A stretch of DNA of 64,000 nucleotides from Antedon mediterranea (Eukaryota > Animalia > Echinodermata): NCBI RefSeq assembly GCF_964355755.1, contig NC_092670.1, forward strand, positions 20,632,795 to 20,696,794. Reading direction: 5' to 3'. The notes beneath the pieces are model-generated. The model searched no databases, was not told where the DNA came from, and saw only the letters and a program-made list of their open reading frames with translations. Numbering within the stretch: position 1 is the first letter of the stretch; every line of letters begins with the position of its first letter. A program made the translations under genes and the position numbers. Positions 25,083 to 37,185 of this stretch are shown piece after piece.

Positions 25083-26384
25083 TGGCAATGGATGTCGTCT
25101 TATTTACTCTGAGTATACTTAGGCCTACGTATCTGTCAGCGATAAGATGATTTTTTTTAGTTTTAGTATTATGTATTTCGTTTTTTTTAGTCATAATAAT
25201 AAAGTAATAATCATTATAAAATGAAAACGTAATAACAGCAAATGTCTTCGTTTGTAATTAAATGTTAAATTATTGGAGGTTGCCTTTTATTATTATTCTC
25301 ACATCCGTCATCGTATACTAGGGAATTTGTTTTATAAACGGCAATAGGCCTAATCTACTTAGATTCATTATTCTAATGCTCACTTAGCAGCAAAAATGAG
25401 GCTGGTATCCACTTACATAGTTTCGTAATTTTAAAATACGAGTTACTACTTAAAAATGTATTGAATATTTTCTAAATGTTAAAACAGTTTAATATTTTCC
25501 AAAACTTGCAAAACAAAACAACAAAAACCATTTTTAAAACGATTTTCAAAAAGCACATTACTTCATTATCTGTAAAATAAACTGAAAATACAAATTATGT
25601 ATAAAAGATATTCATGTTTACTTTTAATAATTCAAGTTTTCATCATCACAGACTAGTGGGTATTTCAGTGTACTACTATTCGTAGTAAATAATAGATTAA
25701 TAACCATTCATAAATGAAAAAAAATAGAATGCAGCTGGAGACTAGCTAGAGGCTCTAATAGTAGATTACTAGGTAGAGGCTAGCTAGGCCTACACCAGCT
25801 ATGCTGCGTTTTATTTTGGTCGCAATAACATTTAAAATCAACATCCGGTTTTTCTTATTGTATGGATGGAGCACTGTTAGATATACGCTTTTATCATTAT
25901 TGTTATCGGTTGTGTTTGATAAATGGTTGCATTTTATTTCAGTTGCTCTAATTGGTGTGGGCCGCAAAATTAGCTACATTGTCATTGTCATACATTGTTT
26001 TATACTTTTCGTTTCTAGATTTTTAAAATTATAAATTTAGTTAATTTAATTTATTCCATATATTTTAGCATTGATTATAGAAATAGAAATTATTAACAGC
26101 TAATGATAAACTAATAATAATAGGTTATATAGTAATGCACAAGGTTAAAACATATTTTATAGATACAGATACAGAACATGCATAATGATGGGTAAACTTT
26201 TTTTTTTAGAAACACAGATGCTCCTGGAAAAGTAATACTTTTTTATTTTATTATTTTATAATTAGTAATTTTAATGTTTGGTTTTAGCAAAGTATTGGAA
26301 TTATAAATAGCGGATGGCCTGTAGATAATCATCTTTGAATGAAACATTCCTTACTAATGGACATGGGAGACTAACAGTCAGACG

Positions 26385-29300
26385 ATGGAGGACCTTTTTG
26401 AACTTCCAATAGTGTTGGCCCTTGCAACATTGGTAATACTGACCGTTGTGTTGCTTGGATGTGCACAGTGTTTCCAAAGGCTGTTTCCGGTAAGATTTTA
26501 TGATAATAATTTATCTCCTGAAGCATGTTGAAGAATTAACCCCCTCTGAAAAAGGTAGCATCTACATGGCACACTCGCAGGGAAACTATTCCAAATTAGT
26601 TTATTGTACAGTAGTGTTTGTAATTTAGTGCAGTTTCCATACACATGTCTTGTGTGCTAAGCTAAATTCCATCTAAAGGGCATGAAACTAGACCAGATTG
26701 GTAGTTCTTGAACTCTTACCTTTTTAAACACTCGCAGAAATCTTCATCATCATTCATCTATATCCTCGCCTCGACTAGATCCAACCAAGAACATGCAGAC
26801 ATACAATTGCTGAATGGTCATTCTCCTGCACATTTTTATCCTGCTCTTCCACAATTAATCAAGAATGCCAATTCTATTGACATCTTGTTGCTGAAATTTC
26901 TTTTGCATAGCATATGAAATGACGTAATTTCTACCTAGTTTAAGCCTTGTGGTCGTAGCACTTTATTATTATTATTATAACTTCTAAAAAGAAATTTATT
27001 ATAAATATAAATTTTTTTTTTTCTGTAGAAGCAGGATGAACAAGGAATTATCAACCAGGAGGAAAGCCCAGGTGAAAACAATGACAACTTCTATGGTGAC
27101 TTCACACCTCCATCACAGAACACTCCATACAACGATCCAGCCAATGTTGATCCAATGCCCGATATCAGCCATCTACGTCTGGATCAACACGTGTCTAGTC
27201 TCGCGCCGGTTTTGACAGGGCAGTCGTTAGCGCATGCTAACATCAAGTTGCTAAATGATCCGTCAATGCAGTTTTTACGAACACAGCTTAGCTATGTTGA
27301 TGAATTGGGAAACGGCTGGTTTGGAAAAGTAAATATTTTTATAGAATATATAATAACACAAACTCACAGATTTAAAATCAATCTTTTTGATTTTGTTGAT
27401 TTATATTGATTTCTACCAGGTTTTACTAGGAGAAGCACGCAAAATACAGGCCGGTGTCAAGAAAAGTAAGGTAGTAGTGAAAGAGTTGAGAGACACAGCT
27501 TCAAGAGATGAACAAGTTCAATTCCTGGCAGAAGTACAGGCTCATAGGTAAGATATCAGATGATGATCCATGAAATAAAACATTTTGTAAGCTCCACCCT
27601 TTTATGCTATTGTTTTGCACAATGTTAAATGAATGAATGTTCTCTGCATTCATTACTGTTGTTCCTTATGTGTATGTTGTTGAAGAGATGGAGCTTACAC
27701 AATGTCGAACACAATTTTGCATTTTTTAATATATACAGTCATTACGAATTTAAGGAATTAATTCCTGGTCTGTCTACAGTTTCTAAAATAAACATCATTT
27801 AAAGTAAAAGGCAAATGTTAATGTAATGTATGTTATGTTATGAATTCTTGCTAAATGGCATCATATTCTAAACTAATGGATACTGTCAACCATCAATCAT
27901 TATTTGCACTACTGCCTGACAGGACTCGATTTAATACAATTACTCAGGGCTAGCCCATTTCCCATTACGCCAAATGGGCTACTGGAATCTGACACAACTT
28001 CCTACCATCCAATTTGTTTAACATCACAAAACCAAATATGGTATTGTTTGTAATGTTAATATTAAGGTAGAAAAATAAAATTTGAGAAATGAAGCCCACT
28101 GGGAAATTAGATTGAGTCCTGTGCCTGTGAAATGCTTAAATCCTTATGAATATGTATTATGTTCATTATCATATTAAACTGTGCCTGATCATAAATTTGA
28201 GTATGGAGGAATTCCTCCGTGGTTTGTTTGAGCAAAAACCAAGTATAGTCTGGAATTATCGTTACTTTTTGATATATATAATGCCCGTACCAGGATTATG
28301 ATATCAAAATCTTAATGACATTTCCACACACTGTTCACTGGAACACATTATTTGTATAGCGAGTGTGGAACTGAGTAAACAGCAATTCCCATATTATGCT
28401 TGTCATTGGGATGAACTGTTTAGTTTTAATATGAACTGTCAGTTCATACTAAACAAAATTAAAAAGTTCCAGTTCCTACTAACTTTATTATTGCATGGGG
28501 GAAAAAACATTTTTCCTTCATGTATCGATGAAACTATCATAGTGATCCATGTATAGGCCCACCAAAAATACACAAGTTTGCCCACTCTGTAAATTTGACC
28601 CAATTATAATTAGTATAGAGAGTATAGTAGTACAGCACTGATACTAGCCAATTTTAAATTTTTAAATAATTACTGTTCAAATATTATTGCCATAACAAGG
28701 CTGTAACACTCACTTCAAAGAACTTACGCTATACAATTATGGAAATGTTTAAAATCTCTTGTTTTTTAAATTTTATTTGCATTTTTATGTTTTGCATTTA
28801 CCTTTATTGAACGTATGCTCAATATTTCTTTAATATATTTACTTGCCTGCATCTTTTGCCTGCCTGACTCGTCTAACAGAGAATTGCGCCACCCTAACAT
28901 GCTGACCCTGCTCGGACAGTGCATTGACTCTATACCATTTCTACTAATTATGGAGCATGCACCGCTAGTAAGTAATTTTTTTCTTTCATTTATAGAGATC
29001 TTTACAAATACTGCAGTAATTCTATTGCACTTACTGCAGTAATTCTATTGCCCTTGCTACAGTAATTATATTGCACTTGCTGCAGTAATTCTATTGCACT
29101 TGCTGCAGTAATTCTATTGCACTTGCTGCAGTAATTCTATTGCACTTGCTGCAGTAATTCTATTGCACTTGCTGCATTAATTCTATTGTAGTTACTGCAG
29201 GAAGTCTACTACAATTACTATTTCTTGTAAAATAGAACAGACATAATACTGATAACCAAGTATTATAAGAAGGCAAGATATTACGATGCCTTTTGCTTAA

Positions 29301-32300
29301 TTTTATGGTCAATTAAACAACAAATGTATAATGTGTTTCTCATTAAATTATATTATTAAATTAAATGTTAATATTTAATTTGAAGGGTGATGTTAAGGGC
29401 TACCTGATGAAACACAGAGAGGATAGACATTCCCTTGCCCTGAGAGATACTCAGTTAAGATGGGCCTGTGATCTGGCTAGTGGCCTAACATTAATGCATC
29501 AGGCTGGCTTTGTACTTAAGTAAGAACTGACTTATTTTACACTTTATTGAATTGATTGAAACAGTTCTCCTACCATAGCCTCATAGTTCTTTTCTAAAGC
29601 AACTTTTTTGTTTTAGGGATTTTGCTACAAGAAACTGCTTACTCTCAAGCTTAGATTCAATAAAGATAGGTCATTATGGACTTGCACAAGAAAAATACAA
29701 GGTAAAGTAAACTATCATTGTCCAAGTTTGTATCCAAACATATCACCTCATACTAACAGTAACACTACTTTTGTTTTATTGGCATGCCTACCAAAGGTTT
29801 CAGTGATTCCTTTTTGAGAAAGAACCAGATCTAAAGATATATATATATATATAAACAAATCAGGCACAGAACATTAATTCTAAACCGTCCGGTGATATAC
29901 TGAAATTTAATTAATTAATTTGAAACGATAAAGATGAGGAAATCTGTGAGAATGAGAAAAAGTCGCCCCAACCGAGACTCGAACTCGGACCGCCTGCTTG
30001 ATATGCAGATGTCCTAACCATTAGACCACTGGGGCTTTCATGGTATTGTTTGAACTCGATTGGATAGCGACTCTTTAACATTCTCGGCGTGGTACGAGAG
30101 TATATATATATATTTAGTACCAAAACTTCAGATACAGTATTTATAATCTGATTATATTGTTTCATTGCAGGAAGATTATTACCTGTTACCATCGGTAAAC
30201 CAACTGTTACCAATCCGATGGATGCCACCAGATGGATTTGATGTGAAAGATTCTGTAGTGAAACCGAAGCGTATTTCCAAAGATACTAATGTTTGGTAAG
30301 CAGCTTACATAATGTAGGTTATCTTAAATAAATGTTGTGTCCATACAACTGAAAGCTCATGACTGCTTGTAACTTCCACATAGTTGCAAAATCTTCAGCT
30401 TGTTGAAGGCGGCAACTTAATATAAGAAGAAGTAGACTAATGAGAGAGATGTTTGTTCTGAGATGCTCCATTGTAGAGTTTCTATTAGTGGGAAAACGGT
30501 CTTAGTTTCCTCTGTATTTAAATAATTGATGGTTATTTTTCCAGGTCATTTGGTGTTGTGCTCTGGGAGCTGTCAACAGGGGCACTTCTTCCTTTCATAA
30601 ACTGTAATGATGAGGAAGTAATGAGACAAATTATCATTAATCAACAATCCAAACTAGAGATGCCACAGCTGCAAGTCAAATATATTGGAAGATGGTAAGG
30701 ATTTGCTTGCTATATTTCAGCAATAAACTAGTATAAAGCTCTGTCATCACTATCAAACTTTATGTAACAAAAAAATGTGATGTCCTTGTATATGGACACG
30801 ATGACATCATATCACTACCATATTTGGGCACATCACACTTTTTTTTGTCAAATTAGATTAGTGTAGACATAGCTTAAGAATATTGTTCATACTATGTTTG
30901 TTTGATAGTGTAGACAGAGCTTAAGAATATTGTTCATACTATGTTTGTTTGATAGTGTAGACAGAGCTTAAGAATATTGTTCACACTATGTTTGTTTGAT
31001 AGTGTAGACAGAGCTTAAGAATATTGTTCACACTATGTTTGTTTGATAGTGTAGACAGAGCTTAAGAATATTGTTCATACTATGTTTGTTTGATAGTGTA
31101 GACAGAGCTTAAGAATATTGTTCATACTATGTTTGTTTGATAGTGTAGACAGAGCTTAAGAATATTGTTCATACTATGTTTGTTTAATAGTGTAGACAGA
31201 GCTTAAGAATATTGTTCATACTATGTTTGTTTGATAGTGTAGACAGAGCTTAAGAATATTGTTCATACTATGTTTGTTTGATAGTGTAGACAGAGCTTAA
31301 GAATATTGTTCATACTATGTTTGTTTGATAGTGTAGACAGAGCTTAAGAATATTGTTCATACTATGTTTGTTTGATAGTGTAGACAGAGCTTAAGAATAT
31401 TGTTCATACTATGTTTGTTTGATAGTGTAGACAGAGCTTAAGAATATTGTTCATACTATGTTTGTTTGATAGTGTAGACAGAGCTTAAGAATATTGTTCA
31501 TACTATGTTTGTTTGATAGTGTAGACAGAGCTTTACAGACCGTAAAGGATGTGGAAAGTGTTAAATGACTTCCTTTACGAAAGAAAAAGAAAGGCCACTA
31601 ATTGCCCTAACGATGTATCTGGTTTAACTTACGCATGTTTCTTTAACTTCAGGTGGGAGATCATGCAGCTCTGTTGGAAGCCTCTTGAAAACCGTCCCAC
31701 AATGCAACACATCTTAGAATTGCTGAATCATCTTAAATCGCATAAGGACAAAAGTGATCGTGAAGAGTTCCAAGAAAAGTGGAACTCCCTCAAGCATTCC
31801 AACTCCATATCCAAGGACTCACCTCTTCTAAACCTGCAAGATTCAGAAAGACCTGCTACCATCTCAGATGTAAATTTAAATGGCGGTATTGCATCTAATC
31901 TTCCGACGTCTTCCCAAGTTGTGGTTGAACATCATGTGCCAATAATTCCGCCTTCAGCAGCTGGTATAGCTAATCCAATGACTTCTTCAGTTGTAGTCCA
32001 AAATGAGCTGGTGGATCCTAGTATATCACAGAATCCAAACAGATCACAAAATAATATACATTTAACTATCAATCCCAGTGAAGTCCAAACCATGTCCCCT
32101 GCAGATCTCTTAAAAACACCTCCTAACACCCCAATTGAGGAAAGCTATCTGAGTAATGTGCCAGAGTATGGCAACCTGCAAAGTAATGATGCAGCTCAGG
32201 TCTTGACACATGGCTTGAAGACACTAGACTCAACAACTAGTGAGGAGGATGAACTTCCACAATTCGATGTACATATTGGTGCTCTGGGCGCAATTAAACA

Positions 32301-35300
32301 GCTTAACAACTTTTCACCATCAAACTTATCTTCCTTTGATACACTAGAGATGACCTTTAATGGAAAATCGTCAGAAGCTGAAGCCATGTCCCCATCGGGT
32401 CATACAACTTCACCAGCAAATGGCATACTCTCACCAGCTGTATCTGAAGTGTTAAACATTTCCATTACTGATGACTCTTCACATAATGTTACAGAAGTTA
32501 ATGGCAAAGAAGAGAATGAAGCAGAAGAGAATGAGAGGTTGTTACAGAATGACACATCAGAAGCTCTTGTACTTGGTGCTAGGCCGAGAAAGAGCTCTTT
32601 ACGACAATCAAACTCTAAGGTAGGTCTGCTTGCTGTTGAATGTATGTTTATGCTATAATCTTTTAAAAAAGGTGATAGTCTTGTAATTCTTCATTCAAGT
32701 GTGACTAATCCAAAACTGAATTTCTGTCACTATTTGCTGTGATTCTTAAACAGTTTAGTAAGTTCATTGTTCATACAATTTAGATACAGTAGAACTGTAG
32801 GGGACACCTTGATGTGTTGCAACAAGTGTCCCCTTATCTTAATACCAGGGAGTTGTTTGTACAACTCCCTGCTTAATACTGTAGGTGACTCTCTTTCCTA
32901 CTGTAGGCTAGTCTCCTTCCTACAGGTTGCCCTTAGTGTTAAAACATATATTGTCCCACCTAATAGAGGTGTACCATGAATAGGAATCTTCACAGAGGAG
33001 TACACTGATAGTTTGTTACACAATTTGTATATGTTTAAGAAGCTTATTATACTATTGCATGGCGTGTATAACACCAGCACATTGAATTTGCAGTAGAACC
33101 AGCTCTCACAATGTCAACCTAATTATTATTATTATTACTGTAACATCATTGTTAGAAAAACATCTGTCAACAAGTTTGATAAGGGGATTTTAAAGAATCA
33201 CTTTAAGAGATTAAAATATCATGTGGAATTTATTTCATTGGTTTAAATTCAGACTTTGGTCTGAGCCTATAGCCTTTATTATTATTAGCAATGGTGTAGC
33301 CAGACCTTAGAAACATATAGGCCCAAGGGGCCACTCATAATAAGTCGACTCTTAAAAGCAAGTAAATACCCATGTTTATAATGCTACGTTGAATAAATTA
33401 CCCTGTAGTTACTATAACTGTCATTGAATATAACCTAGATTTTATGCTAACCATTTTTGTAGTCCATGAAATTACCTTCCTTTTATTAACAAATATTCTA
33501 TAGGAATTTTCTTATTTTCTTACTCTTCTTGATTTAAAATCACCTAATTTATTAACAAATACGCTCTACTATAATTCTTTCATGTTCTCCTCATTTTTTA
33601 CTCTCCTTGTAATTTGACTCAAAGGATTATTGCCTAGTATATCTTGATGATTCCTTTGACACTGAGGTATGTAGACTAACAATATAACATCACAATTAAC
33701 ACTTATGGAAAATAATATTATTTCTCCATGCTACAATGCATACTTTATATTTTGTTTTTTACTGCAGGCTTTTAGGACACCGTGGCATGCTTTCTGTGCC
33801 TGTTAACTTGGTTGCTTCCTCCTCGGTTAAGGTGCTTGGTTATATTCCCTTAGATACTCTTTTTAGTTTACCCTTTTAAAATTCTATGATACTTAAATTC
33901 TTTCTTTGGTATGGGAGAATATTGTTACTTTTGATGCAAACTTAAATAAATTACAATTATTTTTTACAATTGATTTACCTAATGGTCCCTTTATCAGACT
34001 TTTGCTAGTCATACTGTAGCAATCTCTTTTCCCAAAGAGTCAAGTTTTCTTATTTTTATTAGGTATAAAGCTACGTTTGTATTCTAAAGCTCTGTCTACA
34101 CTATCAAACTTTATGTAACAAAACAATGTGATTTGCCCATATATGGACATGATGATGTCATATCATTTCTATATTTGGGCACTTTTTTGTCAAACTAGTT
34201 TCATAGTTTAGACAGAGCTTTACAATACAAACTTTCATATCCTGGGCTAATGATTTCCGACTTTCCTAAAACCTTGTTACCATTAGTTAGTAATAAAAAA
34301 AAATTGAAGCATGTTACATTGGAAAGTATATCTTATTCAATATCTTATACATAAATCTAATAAAATATATTTTGTTTTATTCTTTTTATAGACTACAAGA
34401 CTATTAACATAACAATTTAATGAAGCTTTAGATATAATTTACATTTAATATTATAGATTGTTTTATATAAATTGTGATTGTGCTTTTTTGCCCATTGTTT
34501 GTACAGTGTTATATAATAATATATCTATAATCTAATATATATACTGTATAAGCTGAGCATGTACTTAAGTATTAGCAATTAACAATTTACTACAGTATAT
34601 AATTAACATAATTTATAACTGGAGTGTAACACTATTTTACATATTATTAATTATAAGACACTATCGCATGTTTTTTTGGTTTAATACTAGAAATAGTGTA
34701 TTTCCTGGCTTATTTTGTTTGTCCAAAGATTGAATTGTGTAAAGTGCTTTGGAGGTATATTAAATTGCTTGCCATTCCATTTAATATTGATAATAATGGA
34801 TGATACGTAGTCATAATAAAAGTAGTGTTTATTTTGTTTCAATTAGCACCCCCACCCCATCCTACCCAATTTTACTACATACTAAAATATTGTAACATTG
34901 ATAATTATATATATTTACTGGTATGTCACCTGACTTCTAATAACATTCTATAATAATAATATAATAACAAGAAATTTAACATCTGCATGACGATATATGG
35001 CATTTTAGTATATAACAAACAGTATCAAAGTCAGCAAATAGTTAATCATCGAGACATTTTCATTATACTGATGTGGATTGAGTGATGGCCACTCTGTGGA
35101 CAGACTTCCTGTTTTATGCGTATTAGTATACCAGAATCTTAGAGTAATTTAAGTAAGTTTCAACTATGCTAAATTTTAATCAATATTTAATAAATTTAGC
35201 AGCCTGTTGTGTGGAAACCATATCATTTTAAGTGTGTTAAGTTGTTTGCAATTTGTTTAACTCTAGAGTATAGCTAATTACAATCGTTAGAATATACTGT

Positions 35301-36485
35301 AGCAGTTTTGTAGCACTTTTTAGTTACCATTGTCAGTGCTCCACTATGCAATGTGCATGTTAATATTCCCAGGTGGCAGGTTTCTTTTTTTTCAATTTCC
35401 CTTTTTTGACCTAATTTTCAGTCCGGTTCTTACACATTGTAAAAATAAGGATGAGGCTAAAGTTTTCTATAGGTGTGGCTATCGGCACAGTCGACTATGC
35501 ATGAAACTCCTATTGGCAAGGCCAACTGCACATCTAATGCCTTGTTTTCTATTTACAAGGTGCTCCTCGATTCTGATGTCTTATTGGCACGCACGACGAG
35601 GTGGTGATAACAAATTTTACATTATTCAGTCAACCATCCCTATAGAAAAATAAAGCATTTATGAGTCTTTACTTAAAATGTACCACTGTGAAACATTTGC
35701 CTATTTCATGAAAACAAATATAGATTTATCATTTATTTATTCTATAGCAATTAGAAGATGGTGCTTTTAAGACTGTGCAGTTTGAGGATGAACCTTCTGT
35801 CTACAACTACCAGATTGATCCAACCTCACCACTAGATGTTTCCACTTCTGATGGAAACACCGTTGGAAATTCTTCTGTCGAAGATTCTAATGGAGATAAC
35901 ATCACAGAGTTTCCATTGAGTGTTGATTCTGCCATGACTGAGCTTGTCAAAGATTCTTTGGTCGGTGTACCTTCTTTGATGGAAGAATCGAGTAAAGAGA
36001 ACGTCACAGAGCCTCCGGAGAAGACGGAGGATACAGAGTTACAGGTTCTAGAGGAATCTTTCCCATCAGGGAATCTGGTGGAAGTGGAGAGCCTTGTAGA
36101 AGTGGATAATCCAGTAGAGGTAGAAAATCTGGTAGAAGTGGAAAGTTTAATAGAAGTGGAAAGTTTAATAGATGTAGAAAAGCCAATGGAAGGAAAGAGT
36201 CTTGCTGAAACAGTGGATAATCTGGTGCAAGAGGATGTTGGCAGCTGGGTAGAGGTCAAAACTAATGGAAGTGAGGATACTAATGGTGCTCAAAATGGTA
36301 GCAATGGTAAGTAATCATACTAGAGCTACACATAGTGGCACTCACTGTTAAAAATAGGGGTGTTCTCTAAATAAGGTTGTTCCAAAGTACTAAAAATTGA
36401 CCTGTCTCCATACTAATTTTCTTTATAATAATACTTTGATTAATCTATTTCTTATTTCTTCACAGTCTCAACTGATTTGATCTGA
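26385..36485 (+). CDS. LMTK: Lemur-tail kinase (LMTK/AATYK) family protein, probable pseudokinase, about 886 aa
   Basis: Exons 26385-26489 (hydrophobic anchor MEDLFELPIVLALATLVILTVVLLGCAQCF), 27029-27328 (LSYVDELGNGWFGK), 27420-27547, 28880-28967, 29386-29519, 29617-29701, 30171-30295, 30545-30694, 31653-32619, 35748-36306, 36466-36485; all phases compatible. GNGWFGKVLLGE, GQCIDSIPFLL, YKEDY, NVWSFGVVLWEL, a long acidic tail and KTVQF match LMTK1-3. Confidence 0.9.
29011..29200. repeat. 23-bp minisatellite (CTGCAGTAATTCTATTGCACTTG) x about 8
   Basis: Directly visible tandem units in an LMTK intron. Confidence 0.9.
29964..30035 (-). tRNA. tRNA-Asp-like cloverleaf with anticodon ATC (tRNA gene, pseudogene or transposon-borne copy)
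   Basis: GCCCCAG TG GTCT AATGGTTA GGAC A TCTGC ATATCAA GCAGG CGGT CCGAG TTCGAGT CTCGG TTGGGGC G: all four stems pair, A and B boxes intact, G discriminator, TTTTT just downstream; atypical A32. Confidence 0.6.
30737..30874. mobile_element. PIF/Harbinger MITE family A copy
   Basis: Same TIR and body as 11430-11563; TAA on both flanks. Confidence 0.8.
30857..31533. repeat. 47-bp tandem array built from the MITE right TIR plus flank, about 14 units
   Basis: Unit GATAGTGTAGACAGAGCTTAAGAATATTGTTCATACTATGTTTGTTT, period 47 (30904, 30951 ... 31515). Confidence 0.95.
34088..34219. mobile_element. PIF/Harbinger MITE family A copy
   Basis: AGCTCTGTCTACACTATCAAAC...GTTTCATAGTTTAGACAGAGCT. Confidence 0.8.
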
Positions 36486-36866
36486 ACGGACATCTTTCTA
36501 TTTTTGTTACAAAAATCACTCAAGTAACGATTTATTGTGAGATCTTTTGTTTGTTGTTTGATATGTCTACTACACAGAGACTATGATACATTTTATATTT
36601 AATTGTTCCATTTTTACTGTTATTTTCAGTTACTGAATAATAATATTTTAAGCTAAAATTGAACTTTGGGAAAAATATGAAGAATTGAAATCGTGGTTTC
36701 TAAATTAATTGGTTGCATCTTTTTTAAATGGTGGTGGCTCAATTTTTTGATATTTTTTCTATAGGTCAGTAAGCTTGTTTGGTTTAGATTTGTAGCCAAC
36801 AAAGCACTTGTTTACAACTATAATTAAACAATCTAAGAAGAATTAATTTACTGGTAATTAATTAAT

Positions 36867-37185
36867 AGGTAATTAGGGCACATATTTGTCTCAATAGGTC
36901 ATTGGCATACTTATCTGTAGAATGTACACTAGCCAAATGTTCTTGCTAGCCCAAAATATTGCTAGCCCAAAATCTCCAGGTAATTAGGGCACATATTTGT
37001 CTCAATAGGTCATTGGCATACTTATCTGTAGAATTTACACTAGCCAAATGTTCTTGCTAGCCCAAAATATTGCTAGCCCAAAATGTCTAGGGCACATATC
37101 TGTTTTATAGATACACTGGGATATTCATCTGTAGATTTTACACTACTAGCAAAAATGCTGCTAGCCCAATATATTGCTAGCCCAC
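36867..37185. repeat. About 110-bp tandem repeat x3 downstream of the LMTK stop
   Basis: Two near-identical units (AGGTAATTAGGGCACATATTTG...TGCTAGCCCAAAAT) plus a diverged third. Confidence 0.85.

Noticed and set aside
30857-31533. Repeat-spacer-like 47-bp array
   Set aside because: The apparent spacers are identical; it is a MITE-derived tandem repeat.
31549-31652. N-terminus of the listed 369-aa ORF
   Set aside because: Intronic read-through; the exon begins at the acceptor ending 31652.
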